Shown piece after piece: positions 46,702 to 58,920 of a stretch of DNA of 60,936 nt (position 1 is the first letter of the stretch; each line of letters starts with the position of its first letter). The DNA is taken from NCBI GenBank assembly GCA_014905635.1, contig JABVCE010000038.1, positions 186,001 to 246,936 on the forward strand, given 5' to 3'. A program made the translations under genes and the position numbers. The notes beneath the pieces were generated by a model. That model was not told where the DNA came from and did not search any database. It worked only from the letters and a program-made list of their open reading frames with translations. Origin of the DNA: Scenedesmus sp. PABB004 (taxonomy: Eukaryota).

Positions 46702-47137
46702 CCCAGCAGCGGCTGCTGCTGCTTTGCTCCCAAGATACTGCTGCTGTGCTCCCCAGATGCGCCTGCTCCACGCCGGCGATCGAGGCGAGCGGCGCCGCGG
46801 CGGCAGCAGCGGGCCGTCGGTTGTTGGGGCCCCCTGGCGCGCTGAGGCTGCAAGGCTGGCGACGAATGGAGACGACGGCGCTCTCGGGCCAGGCCAGCAG
46901 CAGCTCAGAAAGGCGCGCGGGGGTTGCAGGACCGGGCGCCGTGGGTCATCTGCGCCCGCCCCTGCAGCTGCCCCGACCGACCGCGGCTGGTCCCCAATTG
47001 CGGTCAGGAACTTGCCACGCCGACGGGACAGCCTCACGCGCCATACCCGGCATCCACGCTGCCCCCAGGCGCACGCGCTGGGCCGACCCGCGCGCGCACC
47101 CGCGCACCCTAGCGCCAGAGGCGCCGCAGCGGGCGCC

Positions 47138-48422
47138 ATGCAGGCGCTCCCGATAGCGCACCGGTCGCTGAGGCCGCTGGCGCGGCCCCGGGCAGCCGCG
47201 TCCCGGCCGGGCCTGGCGCTGCCGCGCGGCAGCGGCGCAGTCGCGGCGGCCGCACCGCGCCGCGCGCAGCTGCAGGCGCCCCGGCGGGCGCAGCTGGCGC
47301 AGCCGGTGCAGCAGGCGCAGCAGGCGCAGCAGCAGGAGCGGCGGCGCGTCTGCGCCGCGGCGGCGGCCGGCGCCGGCGGCGGCGAGTCCGCCGCGCCGCA
47401 GCGCCCGCCCGGCGGCAGCGGGCCGCTCGCGTGGTTCGACCGCCTCCCGCCGCGCCTGCAGCTGGGCCTGCTGGGCGCGATGCTCTTCTTCGGCATGGTC
47501 CGCCGCGCGCGCGGGGCGGGCGCGCCGGCGGCGCCGCGCGCGCCCGCACACATCGGCGCCTCGCGCCGCCCCGCGCCTCACCGCGCCCGCCCGCCCGCCT
47601 GACCGCGCCCGCCCGCCCGCCCGCGCGGCGGCGCCAGGTCGTCATTCCCTTCCTGCAGCCGACCTTCTTGTACGGCGACGGCAAGGCGGCGCCGCCCGCG
47701 GCGGCCGGGCAGGCCGCGGCGCGGCTCGTCACGTGAGAGCGCCGCGCGCGCCGCGCGCCCGCGCGTGTCACCCGCGCCCGCGCCCGCGCAACCCACGCGC
47801 GCGCCTGCTGCTGCTGCCGCCGCCGGGCGGGGTCAGGCCGGCCGAGGAGAAGCGTTACACCCTGCCGGTGTACGTCCCCGGCGCGAGCGAGCTGTACGAC
47901 TTCCTGCAGGCGCGCCAGGGCTCAGGGGGGCCGGTCCCGTCAGGGCCCAGGGCTCAAACCCTGAACCCGCGACCGCGCGGCACGCGGCCGGCCGCCGCGC
48001 CCGCCACCCCCGCGCGCCGCGCCCGCGCGCGCGCACCGAGCGGCCGCCGGCCGCCTTGCAGGACAACGCGATGCCGCGCAAGACGCCCGACGGCCGCACC
48101 GAGTCGCCGGGCGTGCTGCGCATCTACCTCTCCTCGATGATCATACTCGCCCTCTTCTACGCCTGCTCCGCCGCGCTGGGCCTGGTCATGCGCGTCGCCG
48201 CGGCGGCGCTGCGCGCGGTCGGGCTCGTCGGTGCGGCGGCGGCGCGCACGCGCCGCGGACGGGCGCGGGGGCTGCGGCGGCGGCGCGCGCGCTGCGGACG
48301 GGGGCGGGGGCGGGGGCTGCGGCTGCGGCTGGCGGCTGCGGCTGAGGCTGTGCCGCGCTGCCCGCGCGCCGCCCGCCGCAGGCCCCGCGCGGCCGCCGCC
48401 CAAGCCGGAGGGGGAGCAGTGA
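47138..48422 (+). CDS. Unknown, probably plastid-targeted small membrane protein, about 5 exons
   Basis: Transit-peptide-like MQALPIAHRSLRPLARPRAAAS...RRVCAAAA; hydrophobic segments LQLGLLGAMLFFGM|VVIPFL and IYLSSMIILALFYACSAALGLV; consistent splice sites. Confidence 0.65.
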
Positions 48423-48686
48423 GGGAGCCGGCGGGCGGGGCGCCGGAGCGCGCCGCGGGGGGCGTCGGGGCAGCGTGCAGGCACTTGCGGGGGCGCGGCG
48501 GCTGCGGCTGGGCTGCATGCGTGATGGAAACGCGTGTGACTTGCCCGCCCTGTCCGGCCGACCGCGACGCGCTGCAGCCCGCCAGCTGGCGGGCTGGAAG
48601 AGCGCGCGCGCGGGCCCCGCCGCCCGGCCCCGCGCAGCGCAGCGGCGGTCACAGGAGCGCCGGCGCGCCCGCGCGCGGCGCCGCGC

Positions 48687-49777
48687 TCACGTGGCGCCGC
48701 CTCGCGGCACACGCAAAAACGAAAACTCGCAGGCCACGCCCGGGAAGCCGGCGTTGACCTCCTGAAAGAACGCTGCGTATCCGAGGTTTGCCAGGTGCAG
48801 GAAGAAGAGCCCCAGGCCGGCGGGGGTGTGCGGGACGTAGTTGGTCTTGGACACCTTGTCGACGTGCACCTCGATCGCGAGCTGCTCCGGCAGCGGCGCG
48901 GCGGGGTCGGACCAGGTGCCGAGCAGCACGTACTCCCAGCCCTCGATGTCCGCCTTGAGCACCTGCGCGGCGGGTTGACCGCCGCGCCGGCCCGCGGGGC
49001 GAGGAGGCGGGTGGGTGGGTGCGGGAGTGGAGTGGGCGGGCGCTGCGGCGCACCTGCACCCTGGCGTGCCCGAGCGCGGCCGTGACGTTGGCGTAGGTGC
49101 GCCACTCGGCGCCGGGCATCGCGCCACCGCCGTCGGGCGGCGCGGCGCCGATGCACCACTTGTGGTACGTGTGCCGCGCCCCTGCATCAAGGCTGCGGCC
49201 GTCAAACGTACAGTCAAACGTGTGGACCTTGCAGGGCGTGTCGCGGAGCATCGCCTCCTCGAAGAGAAAGTTGCCTGGCGCACGGCGCGGCGCGCTCAGG
49301 CGGCGGCGCGCTCCGGCGGCGGCGGCCGCGCCCCGCAGCACGGGCGCGCGCACCGTTGCTGCCCATGCTGTAGATCACGCAGTCGCCGGCGCTGCCGCGG
49401 AAGCTCTCCAGGGAGCAGAGCGCCTTGCCGCCGTCGCCGGCGCCGCCGTAGAGCTTGAGCGGCCGGTCCGGCGGGCAGGCCACGGTGGGTGCAAACACCT
49501 TCCAGTCGGCCGCGCGGAAGCCGCTCTCCGACGGGATGTGGAAAGACAGCGACAGCTGCCCCAGCAGGCCGTTGGCGAAGCGCGTGAGGTTGGCGGCCGC
49601 CGCAGAGGGCGGCGGCGCGCCAGCGGCCGGCGGCGCGGCGGCGGCGGCCGGCTGCTGCGTCGCGGTGTGCGGCGCGCGCGGCGCCAGCCGCACGACCGCG
49701 TCCAGCGCGACGACCAGGATGAGGACCTTGAGCAGGCGACCGGTGGCCGCCCCCGACGGGCCTGGGGCGCGCCGCAT
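48687..49777 (-). CDS. Methyltransf_22/METTL24-like methyltransferase-domain protein with N-terminal signal anchor
   Basis: GDGGKALC, CVIYSMGSNG|NFLFEEAML, CKVHTFDCT, LGHARVQ|VLKADIEGWEY, LPEQLAIEVH, CEFSFLRV. Confidence 0.9.
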
Positions 49778-50058
49778 CGCGGCGGCAGCGGGGGAGCGGC
49801 GCGCCGGCAGCGGGGGAGCGGCGCGCCGAGCAGTCGCCGCCGCCGCGGCGCCGGCCGGCCGCCCGCTGCTTCCCGGGCCTGATCGGCTGCTGATCCCGGC
49901 GCTGAGCGATCGAATCTTGATCGAAATGGGCGCGGGGATGGACGGCTGCGCGGTTGACGCCGCCGTCACAACACGTTCCGGCCGCCGACCGTCGGCGGCG
50001 CGTCGCCGCCCCTCTCGCAACGCACGAGCGCGCTCCCCCGGAGGGCCCCTCCTCCTAC

Positions 50059-53000
50059 TCAGGGCGCCGGCGCCGCGAGCCGCTCGAGCGCGGTGTGCAG
50101 GCGCTCCGCCAGGTCCTGCGCGCCCACGTCGGCGAGCGGCGGCGGCAGCGGCACCCCCCGCCGCCGCCGCCCGGCGACGCCGCGGCGGCGGCGGCCGATG
50201 GCCCCGCGTCGCCCGGCGGGCGCGCGCCGCCGCGCGTGCACTCGTCGAGCAGCGCGCGCAGCGCGGCCTCGAAGCCGAGCCCGCGCAGCGCCGCCGCGCG
50301 CCCGGCCGCGGCCGCGGCCGGCGCGGCCGCCGCCGCGTCGGCGGCGTGCAGGGCCGCCTCTGCCGTGGCGACCATGTCGTCGGCGGCCCCGGCCGCCGCG
50401 CCCGCTGCCTGCAGCGTCGTCTGGAGCGCCGCCGCCGCGCGCGCGTCCTCGCCGGGCGGCGGGTCGCACCACAGCAGATTGATGACGCACCACACGGCTG
50501 CGAGGCGCAGCTCGGGCAGCCAGCGCGGCGGCGGCGCGGCGCCGCCGCCGCCGCCCGCGCGCAGGTGCGCCAGCAGCAGCGCGGGCAGGCGGCTGGCCAT
50601 GACGGCGTCCTTGGCCGCCTCGCTGCCGGAGCAGACGTTGGCCGCGGCGTACAGCACGCGCTCGACGCGGCGGCACAGCGCCGCCGCCGCGCCGGCGTCC
50701 TCGTCGCCGCCGGCCGCGGCGGCGCACGCCCCTGGGTCCAGCTGCTGCTCCAGCAGCGGCAGCAGCCCGCCGCCGCTCCAGGCCGTCAGCTGCGCGGCGG
50801 CGGCGGGCGGGGCGGCGGGTGAGGCGCCGCGCTGGGCGCCGCGAGCCGCCCCCGTCCCGCCCCCTCCCCCGCGCCCACCTCGTCCAGGCTGGCCGCCTTG
50901 CACAGGTTCTGCAGCAGCCCGGTCGCCTGCTCGCGCACGCGCGCGTCGTCGTCGCCCAGCAGCGCCTGCAGCGCCGGCCAGGGCAGCTCCGCGAGCAGCG
51001 CGGCCCGCGTGGCGGCGTCGCACTCGTCCGCCAGGTTCTTGAGCGCCCACGCGCCGTGCAGGCGCAGCTCCGGGAGCATGCTTGCCACCAGCGGCGCGAG
51101 CGCGGGCAGCGCGCCCGCGGCGAGCAGCGCGGCGCGCGCGCTGCTGAACGACAGCAGCAGGTTGCACGCGGCCGCGGCGGCGGCGCCCTGCGCGGCGCGA
51201 GCACAGCGGGCGCGAGGGCGTGTGCTGCTGAGCGGCAGGCGGGCGCGCACGAACAGCCCTTCCCTTCTGCCGCCCGGGCAGAGCAGCGCGCAGGGCGTCC
51301 CTCCATCGCCCGGCCCCGCCCGCACCTGCACCTCGCTCGCGGCGCTGTCCTGCAGCAGCGCCACCAGGGGCGCCGCGACGCCGTCCGGGAAGGTTCCGCC
51401 GCGCAGCAGCCGCGCGCTGCGGCACAGCCCGCGCAGGCACACCGCGGCGGCGGCGCGCACCTGCGGGCGGCGTCGGAGGGTGGCGTCGGCGGGCGGGCCG
51501 CGCGCAGCGCGGCCGAGCCTGCTCCCCGCCCGGCCCAGCGCCCCGTGCGCGCCTGCGCGTCCGCGTCGGCCAGCGCGGCGACGACCGTCGTGACGAGGCG
51601 GCCGCCCTCGACCATCTGCGCACGCGCCGCGTCGCCCTGCAGCGCCAGCGCGCCGAGCGCCAGCAGGCAGCCGCGGCGCAGCTCCAGCGCATCCGCCGCG
51701 GCGTTTGCGGCGGCCGCGGCCGCCGCCGCCGCGCGCGCGCCTTGAGCGCCTCCGGCCCGCCAGGGCGGCTGCCGGGCGCCGCAGCGCGCGCCGGCGCGGG
51801 GCGCGCGGGGACCCCGCCCGCGACGGCGGCCTTGCTGTGCAGCAGGCGGCTGAGCGTCTTGCCGGCGTCGAGCTCCAGCGCCAGCTGCTGCACATCCGGC
51901 CTGCGAGGCCCGCGCGCGAGCGCACGCGTGTTGCGTGAGCGCGCGGCGGCGCGCAGCAGCGCGGCGTTGCGCTGCCCCGGAGCCTGCTGGGCGCACCGGT
52001 CGGCCATGAGCTGGGACAGCACCAGCGGCACGCCCAGCAGGTAGCGCGAGTCGCCCCCCGCCTCGCTGCCAGGCAGCACCGCGTCCGCGGCGCTGCCGCG
52101 GCCGGCGCCGCAGGCGGCAAAGCCGCTGTGCCCGTCCCCGGCGGCGGCGAGCGCCTCGGCGGCGCCCAGCAGGCGCACGAGGTGCGGCAGCACCGCGCGG
52201 GCCGCCGGTAGCAGCTGCGCGGCGCGTCGGCGGGCGCGGGTGCGTCAGTGGGCGCACGGAGGCGGCCGTCGCGCGTGGCGCACGCCCCGCCCGGCGCGGC
52301 GCGGCGCACCGCGTCTGCGTCGTCCGGCGCCGCTGCGCGGCTGAGGTTGGTGACGCAGCGCGCGCACAAGAAGCGCAGCCGGCTGTCGTGCAGCTTCAGC
52401 AGGCGCAACAGCTGCTCCACCACCGCCGGCTGCGCCCGCGCCGGCTGCGCCGCGCCCGGCGCCGGCGGCGCCTTTGCGGGCGGCGCCGCATTGCACGCCG
52501 CCGCCGGCGGCTGCGCCCCGCCCGGCGGCGGGGCGAGCGGCGGCGCCGCGCGCGGCGACGGCACCGGCGCCGGCGCCGTTGCGCGCAGCAGCTGCCGGCA
52601 CGCGTCGTCGCTGTGCGCCGTCACCGCGGCGAGCGCCTCCACGGCGCCCTCCTGGCAGCTCCGGCGGGGCGAGGACAGCAGCAGCACGAGCGCCGGCACC
52701 GCGCCCGCGGCCACCACGGCGCCGGCCTGCGAGCGGGGCGCGCGCGCGCATGGGCGGGCGTGCTGCGCGGCAGCGGCCGGCCGCCAGCGGCGCGCGCGCG
52801 CGTGCGCCCGCACCTCTGCGCTGCCGGTGCAGCAGTTGCCGAGGACGCTGGCGGCCGCCTCGGCCGCGGCCGCCTGCTGCGGCGCCGCCTGCAGCAGCTC
52901 CACCAGGCGCGCGAGCACCGCCGGCTGCAGCAGCGGCGCGCGCGGCGCGGCCGGCGACTGCGACACCGCGCGCGCGCGCGCGGGGCGGGGCGGGGCGGGC

Positions 53001-53577
53001 GGCGTCGGCGGCGAGCGCGCCGCCGCCGCCGCGCGCGCGTGCACGCATGCATGCACGCGCCCTGCCTGAAACACACACACAAACAGACGTGCAGCGGCAC
53101 ACACAGCACGCGCGGCGCACCTGATAGATCAATTTCAGTGCCCGCGCCGCCGCGACGACCTCGCGCGGCTCGCCCCGCGCGAGCAGCGCGCGCGCGAGGC
53201 CGTCGACGCCGCCGGCCGCCGCGATCGCCGCGACGCCCGCCTCCACGCCGTACGCGAGGCTGCCCAGCGCGGCGGCCGCCTGCACGCGCAGCTCGGGCTC
53301 GGCGCCCAGCAGCGCCTCGACGAGCGACGGCACGAGCCCGCCCGCCGCGAGCGCCTCGAGCTTCTTGTGCCGGTTGCCGATGCACGCGTTCTTCAGCTCC
53401 CGCACCGCCCGCAGCTTGCTCGCCGGGTCCATGCTGCGACCGGCGCGGCGGCGGCGCGCGAGCTGGCGCGCGCGGGCGGCGCAGCAGCAGCAGCGGCCGC
53501 GCGCCGCCGCCGTCGGCGGGCCGTGCTCCCGGCCCGGTGGGGCGTTCGCACCTGCTGCTGATCTGGCAGGCCACCAT
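50059..53577 (-). CDS. ARMC8: Armadillo repeat-containing protein 8 (GID5/Vid28 orthologue)
   Basis: KLRAVRELKNACIGNRHKKL, RVQAAAALGSLAYG, AAACNLLLSFS, LRLHGAWALKNL, VREQATGLLQNL, LRLAAVWCVINLLW, C-terminal DLAERLHTALERL. Short first exon MVACQISS at 53577. Confidence 0.9.
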
Positions 53578-54519
53578 GGGGCCGGGACGCAGGACGGCAG
53601 AGCGCGGCGCCGCGGCAACCGCCGCCGCCCGCTGCTGCGTCGCGCGGCCGGCGCGCGGTCGCGAGCTGGGACTGCGCGCCGGTGCTGACCGGTCGCGGCT
53701 CTGGGGGCCGCGAGCGGCGGGCCCGGGAGCTCTGGGGGCGCCAGGGCGCGCGGGCCGAACCTCGAGGGCGCGAGACATCTGCGCTCAGCGCGGCGCGAGG
53801 CGTGCCCCCCACGCCCCGCCGCCCCGGCCAGCGACGCACAACGCGACGGGCTACGTTCACGGAAGCGGCGCCAGGACCTTTCGCGCCTCCCCACGCCGGG
53901 GCGCGGCCCCAAAGTCCGCTCCGGCAGCAGCGGCCGGACGAGGGCGGTCGGGGGGCTGGGCGCCCGGGAAGCGATGCAGCGCGCCCTCGCGGCCTAGCGG
54001 CGACGCCAGCGCGCCAGGTGCGCCGGGGCGGGCCCGATCAACGGCCCTGAGCCCCCTCTGCCGCTGCGGGGCGCGAGAGGGGCGGGGCGGGCCGCCAAAA
54101 GCGCGCGGAGGGCGCGGGCGGGGCGCGCGGGGCCGCCAGGTCGCGGGGCCACGCCGGCATCGCGCCTGATGGTGGCGGAGCGCCCCAGCCGCGGCCCCCC
54201 GCGCGCCGAGCGGCACCTCCCCCGCCGGGGAGCGCCGCGGGGCGTGGCCCAGGCCGGCCAGCGGGCCCCCCGGCGGCCCCGGCGGGCGGCGGCGGGCGCG
54301 CGCTGCTGCGCGCTGCGCGCCGCCGGCGCGCGCCCGGATCGCGTCGCCGCGGGCCCGGCGGCGCTCCGGCGGGGCGGCGGGGCCGTTACAAACGCGGGCG
54401 GCCGGCCGCGCGACGCGCCCCGGGCCCACGCCGCCGCGCGGCCGCCGCGCTGCCGCCGCCGCTGCGCGCCGCCCCGCAGGCGCGGCCGCCGGGCCGCGTG
54501 AGGCGCGCGCCGCGCCGGC

Positions 54520-57500
54520 ATGGAGCCGCAACGCCGGCCCTCGCGCTCGGCCAAGGCCGCCGCGGCCGCCGCGATCGCCGCGACCTCGGCCAAGGGCCAG
54601 GCGGCGGCGCGGCAGAGCCAGGCGGCGGCCGCGGCGGCGCGCCCGCCCGCCGCCGCTGAGGCCGCCGCGGCCGCCGCGGCCGAGGCGGAGGCGGAGGACA
54701 CGGCGCTGCCGGCGGAGGAGGCGGAGCTGTCGGCCGGCGGCAGCGGCAGCGACGCCGACAGCGAGGACTCGGACGAGGGTGAGGGCGGCAGCGGCGACGC
54801 CGACGGCGGCGACGACGGCGGCGAGCGGGAGGGCTCGGGCAGCAGCGGCGGCGATGACGACGACGACGAGGCGGGCGGCTCGGGCGGCAGCGGCGAGGCC
54901 GACGAGGGCGACGCGACGGAGCAGCCCGGGCCCAGCGAGCTGGGCACGCCGGCGCCCGGCAGCCAGCTCGCCGCCGCGGCGGCCGCGGTGGCTGCGCCGG
55001 CCGCGGCGCGGCCGCCCAAGCCGCGCGCGCCGGCGGCGGCGGCGGCGCGGCCGCGGCGCGACCACAGCCACGTGCTCTCGCTGCCGCCGGAGGAGCAGCA
55101 GGCGATCGTGGCGGCCGCGGCGCGCGTGCGGCGCGCGCGCCACGCCGCGCGCGCCACGCCGGCCTGCCCCGAGCCCAAGCGCAACAAGACGCACTGGGAC
55201 CAGCTGCTGGAGGAGGCCGAGTGGATGGCCAAGGAGTTCCAGCGGTGCGCGCAGGCGCGCCCGCGGCGCTGCGCGCCCGCGCCGCGCATTGTGCGCGCCC
55301 GAGTGCCACGCTGCGCGCCCGCGTGCCACGCTGCGCGCCCGCGTGCCACGCTGCGCGCCGCCGCCGCCCACGCCCGCCCGCCGCACCCCCGCGTGTTCAG
55401 GGAGCGCGCGTGGAAGCTGAAGCAGGCCAAGCGCTTCGTGCGCGCGGTCAAGGCGAGCAAGCTGGACGTCGAGTCGCGCAGCCACGTGCGCGCGGCCGAG
55501 GCGGCCGCCGCGCTGCGCCGCCGCGCCGGCTGGGTCGCCAAGGAGGTCGGCGCGTTCTGGAAGAAGGCAGAGCGCGTGGTGAACTACAAGGTGCGCGGAT
55601 CAGTCAAGTTCAAGGCCAGGGCCCGGCGCCCGGGCCGCGCCGCCTGTGCTGCGGCGCCCGGCGCGGCGCGCGCCTCTCGCCGCGGCGGCGCCGCCCCCGC
55701 GCGGCCGGGCCCGCCCGCCGCGCGCCAGGGGGTCCCTCTCACTCAAGCCCCGCGGCCCCGCGCCGCGCCGCGCCGCGGCGGCGCCTCGTGCGCAGGTGTA
55801 CGTCGCGATCGAGTCGCGCAAGCGCGCGGTGCTGGACAAGCACCTGGACATGATCGTCGGCCAGACCGAGGCGTTCAGCAAGATGCTCGCCCAAAACCTC
55901 GCCGCGCCGGCGCCCGGCGCCGCGGCCGACGCGCCGGCGGCGCCTCCCGCGGCGCCCCCCGCGGCGCTGCCCGCGCCGCCGGCGGACGGCGGCGGCGGCG
56001 GCGGGCGGCGGCGGCTGACGCGCAGCAGCAGCGCGGCGGGCGACGCCGTCAGCCCGCCGGCCGAGGCCGGCGGTGCTCGCGGCCAGGGCCGGCCGGCGGC
56101 GCCGGCCGCCGGCAGCAGCAGGCAGCCGGAGCCGGAGCCGGCGGAGGACGAGACGGTGGCGGCGCTGGCCGGCGACCTGCTGCCGGACGAGGACGCGCCC
56201 GCGGAGCCGGCGGCCGCCGAGCCCGCGCCCGCAGCAGCTGGCGCGGACGGCGCCGCCACAGGCACGGGCAGCGCCAAGCGGCGGCGCAGCGGCAGCGGCG
56301 CACCCGCGCCCGCCGACGCGGCCGCGGGCGCGGCGGAGCAGGAGCAGCCGCCCGCGGCCCAGCCAGCGGCGGCGGCCGGCGACGCCGACGGCGGCGCGGA
56401 GGGCGCGGGCGAGCGCCAGCCCAAGCGCGCGCGCCGCTCGGCCGCGGGCGCAGCGCCCGCGCTGGCGGCCGCCGCGGCGCCGCACAAGCCCGCGCCCGGC
56501 GGCGCCGGCCGGCCCGGCCGCGCGCCCGGCGCGCCCGGCGCGGCGTCGCCCGCGGCGAGCGGCGTGGGCGGCGGCGACGCCGACTTTGTGTCAGGCGAGG
56601 AGGACAGCGAGGACGACGAGGCGACGCTGGAGGAGGAGGAGCGCCTCGCCGAGGTGCGGCCCGGGGCCGCCGCTCCTGCTGCTGCCGCCGCTGCTGCCGC
56701 CGCTGGCTGCGGCCACGTCGGCGGCGCCGCGCCGCGCAGCTCGGCTCACGCTCCCGTGCACGCGCGCGCGCGGCGCCGCGCCGCCCGCGGCGCAGGCCGA
56801 CCCCGACGCCGCGGACGCTGAGCTCGACGCGCTGGACGAGGAGGCGGACCTGCCAATCGAGGAGCTGCTCGCGCGGTGCGCGCGCGTGTGTGTGTGTGGG
56901 GGGGGGGGGCACCTGCATTGTTTGTTTGCGTCGGGTCTGGCCCGGCCGGCGTCGCCGCGCCGCGCCGCGCCGCGCCGCGCGCCCACCGCCTGCGCCGTCC
57001 GCGCGCTCGCCCGCCAGGTATGGTTTTGTGGTACCCGAGGGCGACGCGGCGCAGCAGCACCATGACAGCGACGACGACGACGACGACGACGCCGGGTCCG
57101 AGGCGGGCGAGGAGGGCGGCGGCGGCGGCGCCGGCCGCGCCGGCGACGCCGGCGCTGGCAGCAGCGCCGCCGCGGCGGCGGCGGCGGCGGGCGCCAACGA
57201 CGCCGCGGGCGGCGGCGCCGGTGCCAAGGCCGGCGGCGGCGCGCCCGGCGACGCGCCCGGCGACGCGCCCGGCGGCGGCGAGGCCGGCGGCGACGAGGAC
57301 CAGGCGGCGATGGTCGCGGCGAGCCGCGACGCCGCGGCGGCGCAGCCGACCGGCTTCACGCTCGCGACGACGCAGGCGCGCGCCGCGGCGCTGGCTGCCC
57401 CCCCCCCATCTGCCTTCCCGCCCCCTCTCCCCCTCTCCCCCTCCCTCCTTCCGCCCGCGCCCCACGCCCGCACCACACACCCGCCTTCACCTCACGCCCA

Positions 57501-58274
57501 CACCCGCACCCGCACGCGCCGCGCGCCGCGCAGGTCAAGACGCCCGTCCCGTTCCTGCTGAAGCACGTCCTGCGCGAGTACCAGCACATTGGCCTTGACT
57601 GGCTGGTCAGCCTCTACGAGAAGAAGCTCAACGGCATCCTCGCGGGTGGGCGGCGCTGTCGTCAGCCGGGGGCGCGCCGACTGAACGTCTGAACGTCTCT
57701 CAGAGCTTGGTTTTTTGTGCGCCGGCGCGCCGCCCTCGGCCGCCTCACAGCGCCTCTCACACGCCCCGCACGCACGCGCACGCACACACACGCAGACGAG
57801 ATGGGGCTGGGCAAGACGATCCAGACCGTCGCGCTGCTCGCGTACCTCGCGTGCGAGGAGGGCAACTGGGGGCCGCACCTCGTCGTCGTGCCCACCAGGC
57901 GCGGCGCGCGCCGCGGCGCGGCGCGGCGCGGCGCACCGCTGCCGCCGCCGCCCGCCCTCGCGCCCGGCCCTCCCACACCCCTGCTCAAAAACACACTCTC
58001 ACACGCTCACACGCTCACACGCTCACACGCTCACACGCACGCTCACACGCACGCTCACACGCACGTTCACACGCACGTCCGCGCGCGCGCAGCGTGATGC
58101 TCAACTGGGAGATGGAGTTCAAAAAGTGGTGCCCGGCGTTCAAACTCCTCACCTACTACGGCTCCGCCAAGGAGCGCAAGGCGAAGCGCCAGGGCTGGTC
58201 CAAGCCGCACGCGTTCCACGTCTGCATCACCAGCTACACGCTCGTGCTGCAGGACGCAAAGGTGCGCGTGCATG

Positions 58275-58322
<48 letters not shown>

Positions 58323-58884
58323 GGTGGGTGGGTGGGTGGGTGGTGGGTGGGTGGGTGGGTGGGTGCGTGCGTGTGTGCGTGTGCGTGCGTGCGTGTGTGC
58401 GTGCGTGTGCGTGTGTGTGTGCGGCGGGGGGCTGTCCGTTGAGAGCGAAGGGGGCCTGGTGGCGCGGGTTTGATTGTGCTTGCCCCCCGCCCCGTCCCGC
58501 GCGCCGCACGTTGTCGCTGATGCAGTCCGGCAGGGCGCGTGGGGGCGACAACGCGCGGCGCGCGGGAGGGGGGGGGCAGCAGCGGCGCAAGGGGGGCGGC
58601 GCGCGCGCGCGCGCGCGTCGCGCCGGGGCCGCCGGCGCGCGGCGCCTGCGCCTGCGCAGGCGCCGCCTGCCGTCACATGCGCGGGGAGTGGGGGCTCGTG
58701 CGCGTGGCGGCTGCTGTGGGCGCCCCCCGTTGACCTTGAACGCCGGGGTAATCTTGGGGCTACGGCGGCGTTTGAGGTCAAGCGGGGGCGGTCACAGCTG
58801 CCACCGGCCGCACGCGCGGGGCTGGGAAGGCTTTTTTTCTCGCGCCTCTGCCTCTCACACCCCGCGCCTTCAAGCCCCCCCCCT

Positions 58885-58920
<36 letters not shown>

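Noticed and set aside
46676..47397. Identical 23-mer ggcggcggcgagtccgccgcgcc at ~46676 and ~47375
   Set aside because: Both copies lie in coding sequence of opposite-strand genes and are low-complexity GC; probably chance.
6902..55357. Short direct repeats (6902, 12717, 18257, 27383, 32204, 44271, 55302) as CRISPR-like arrays
   Set aside because: Head-to-tail units with no unique spacers, in a eukaryotic context with no cas genes; ordinary slippage repeats.
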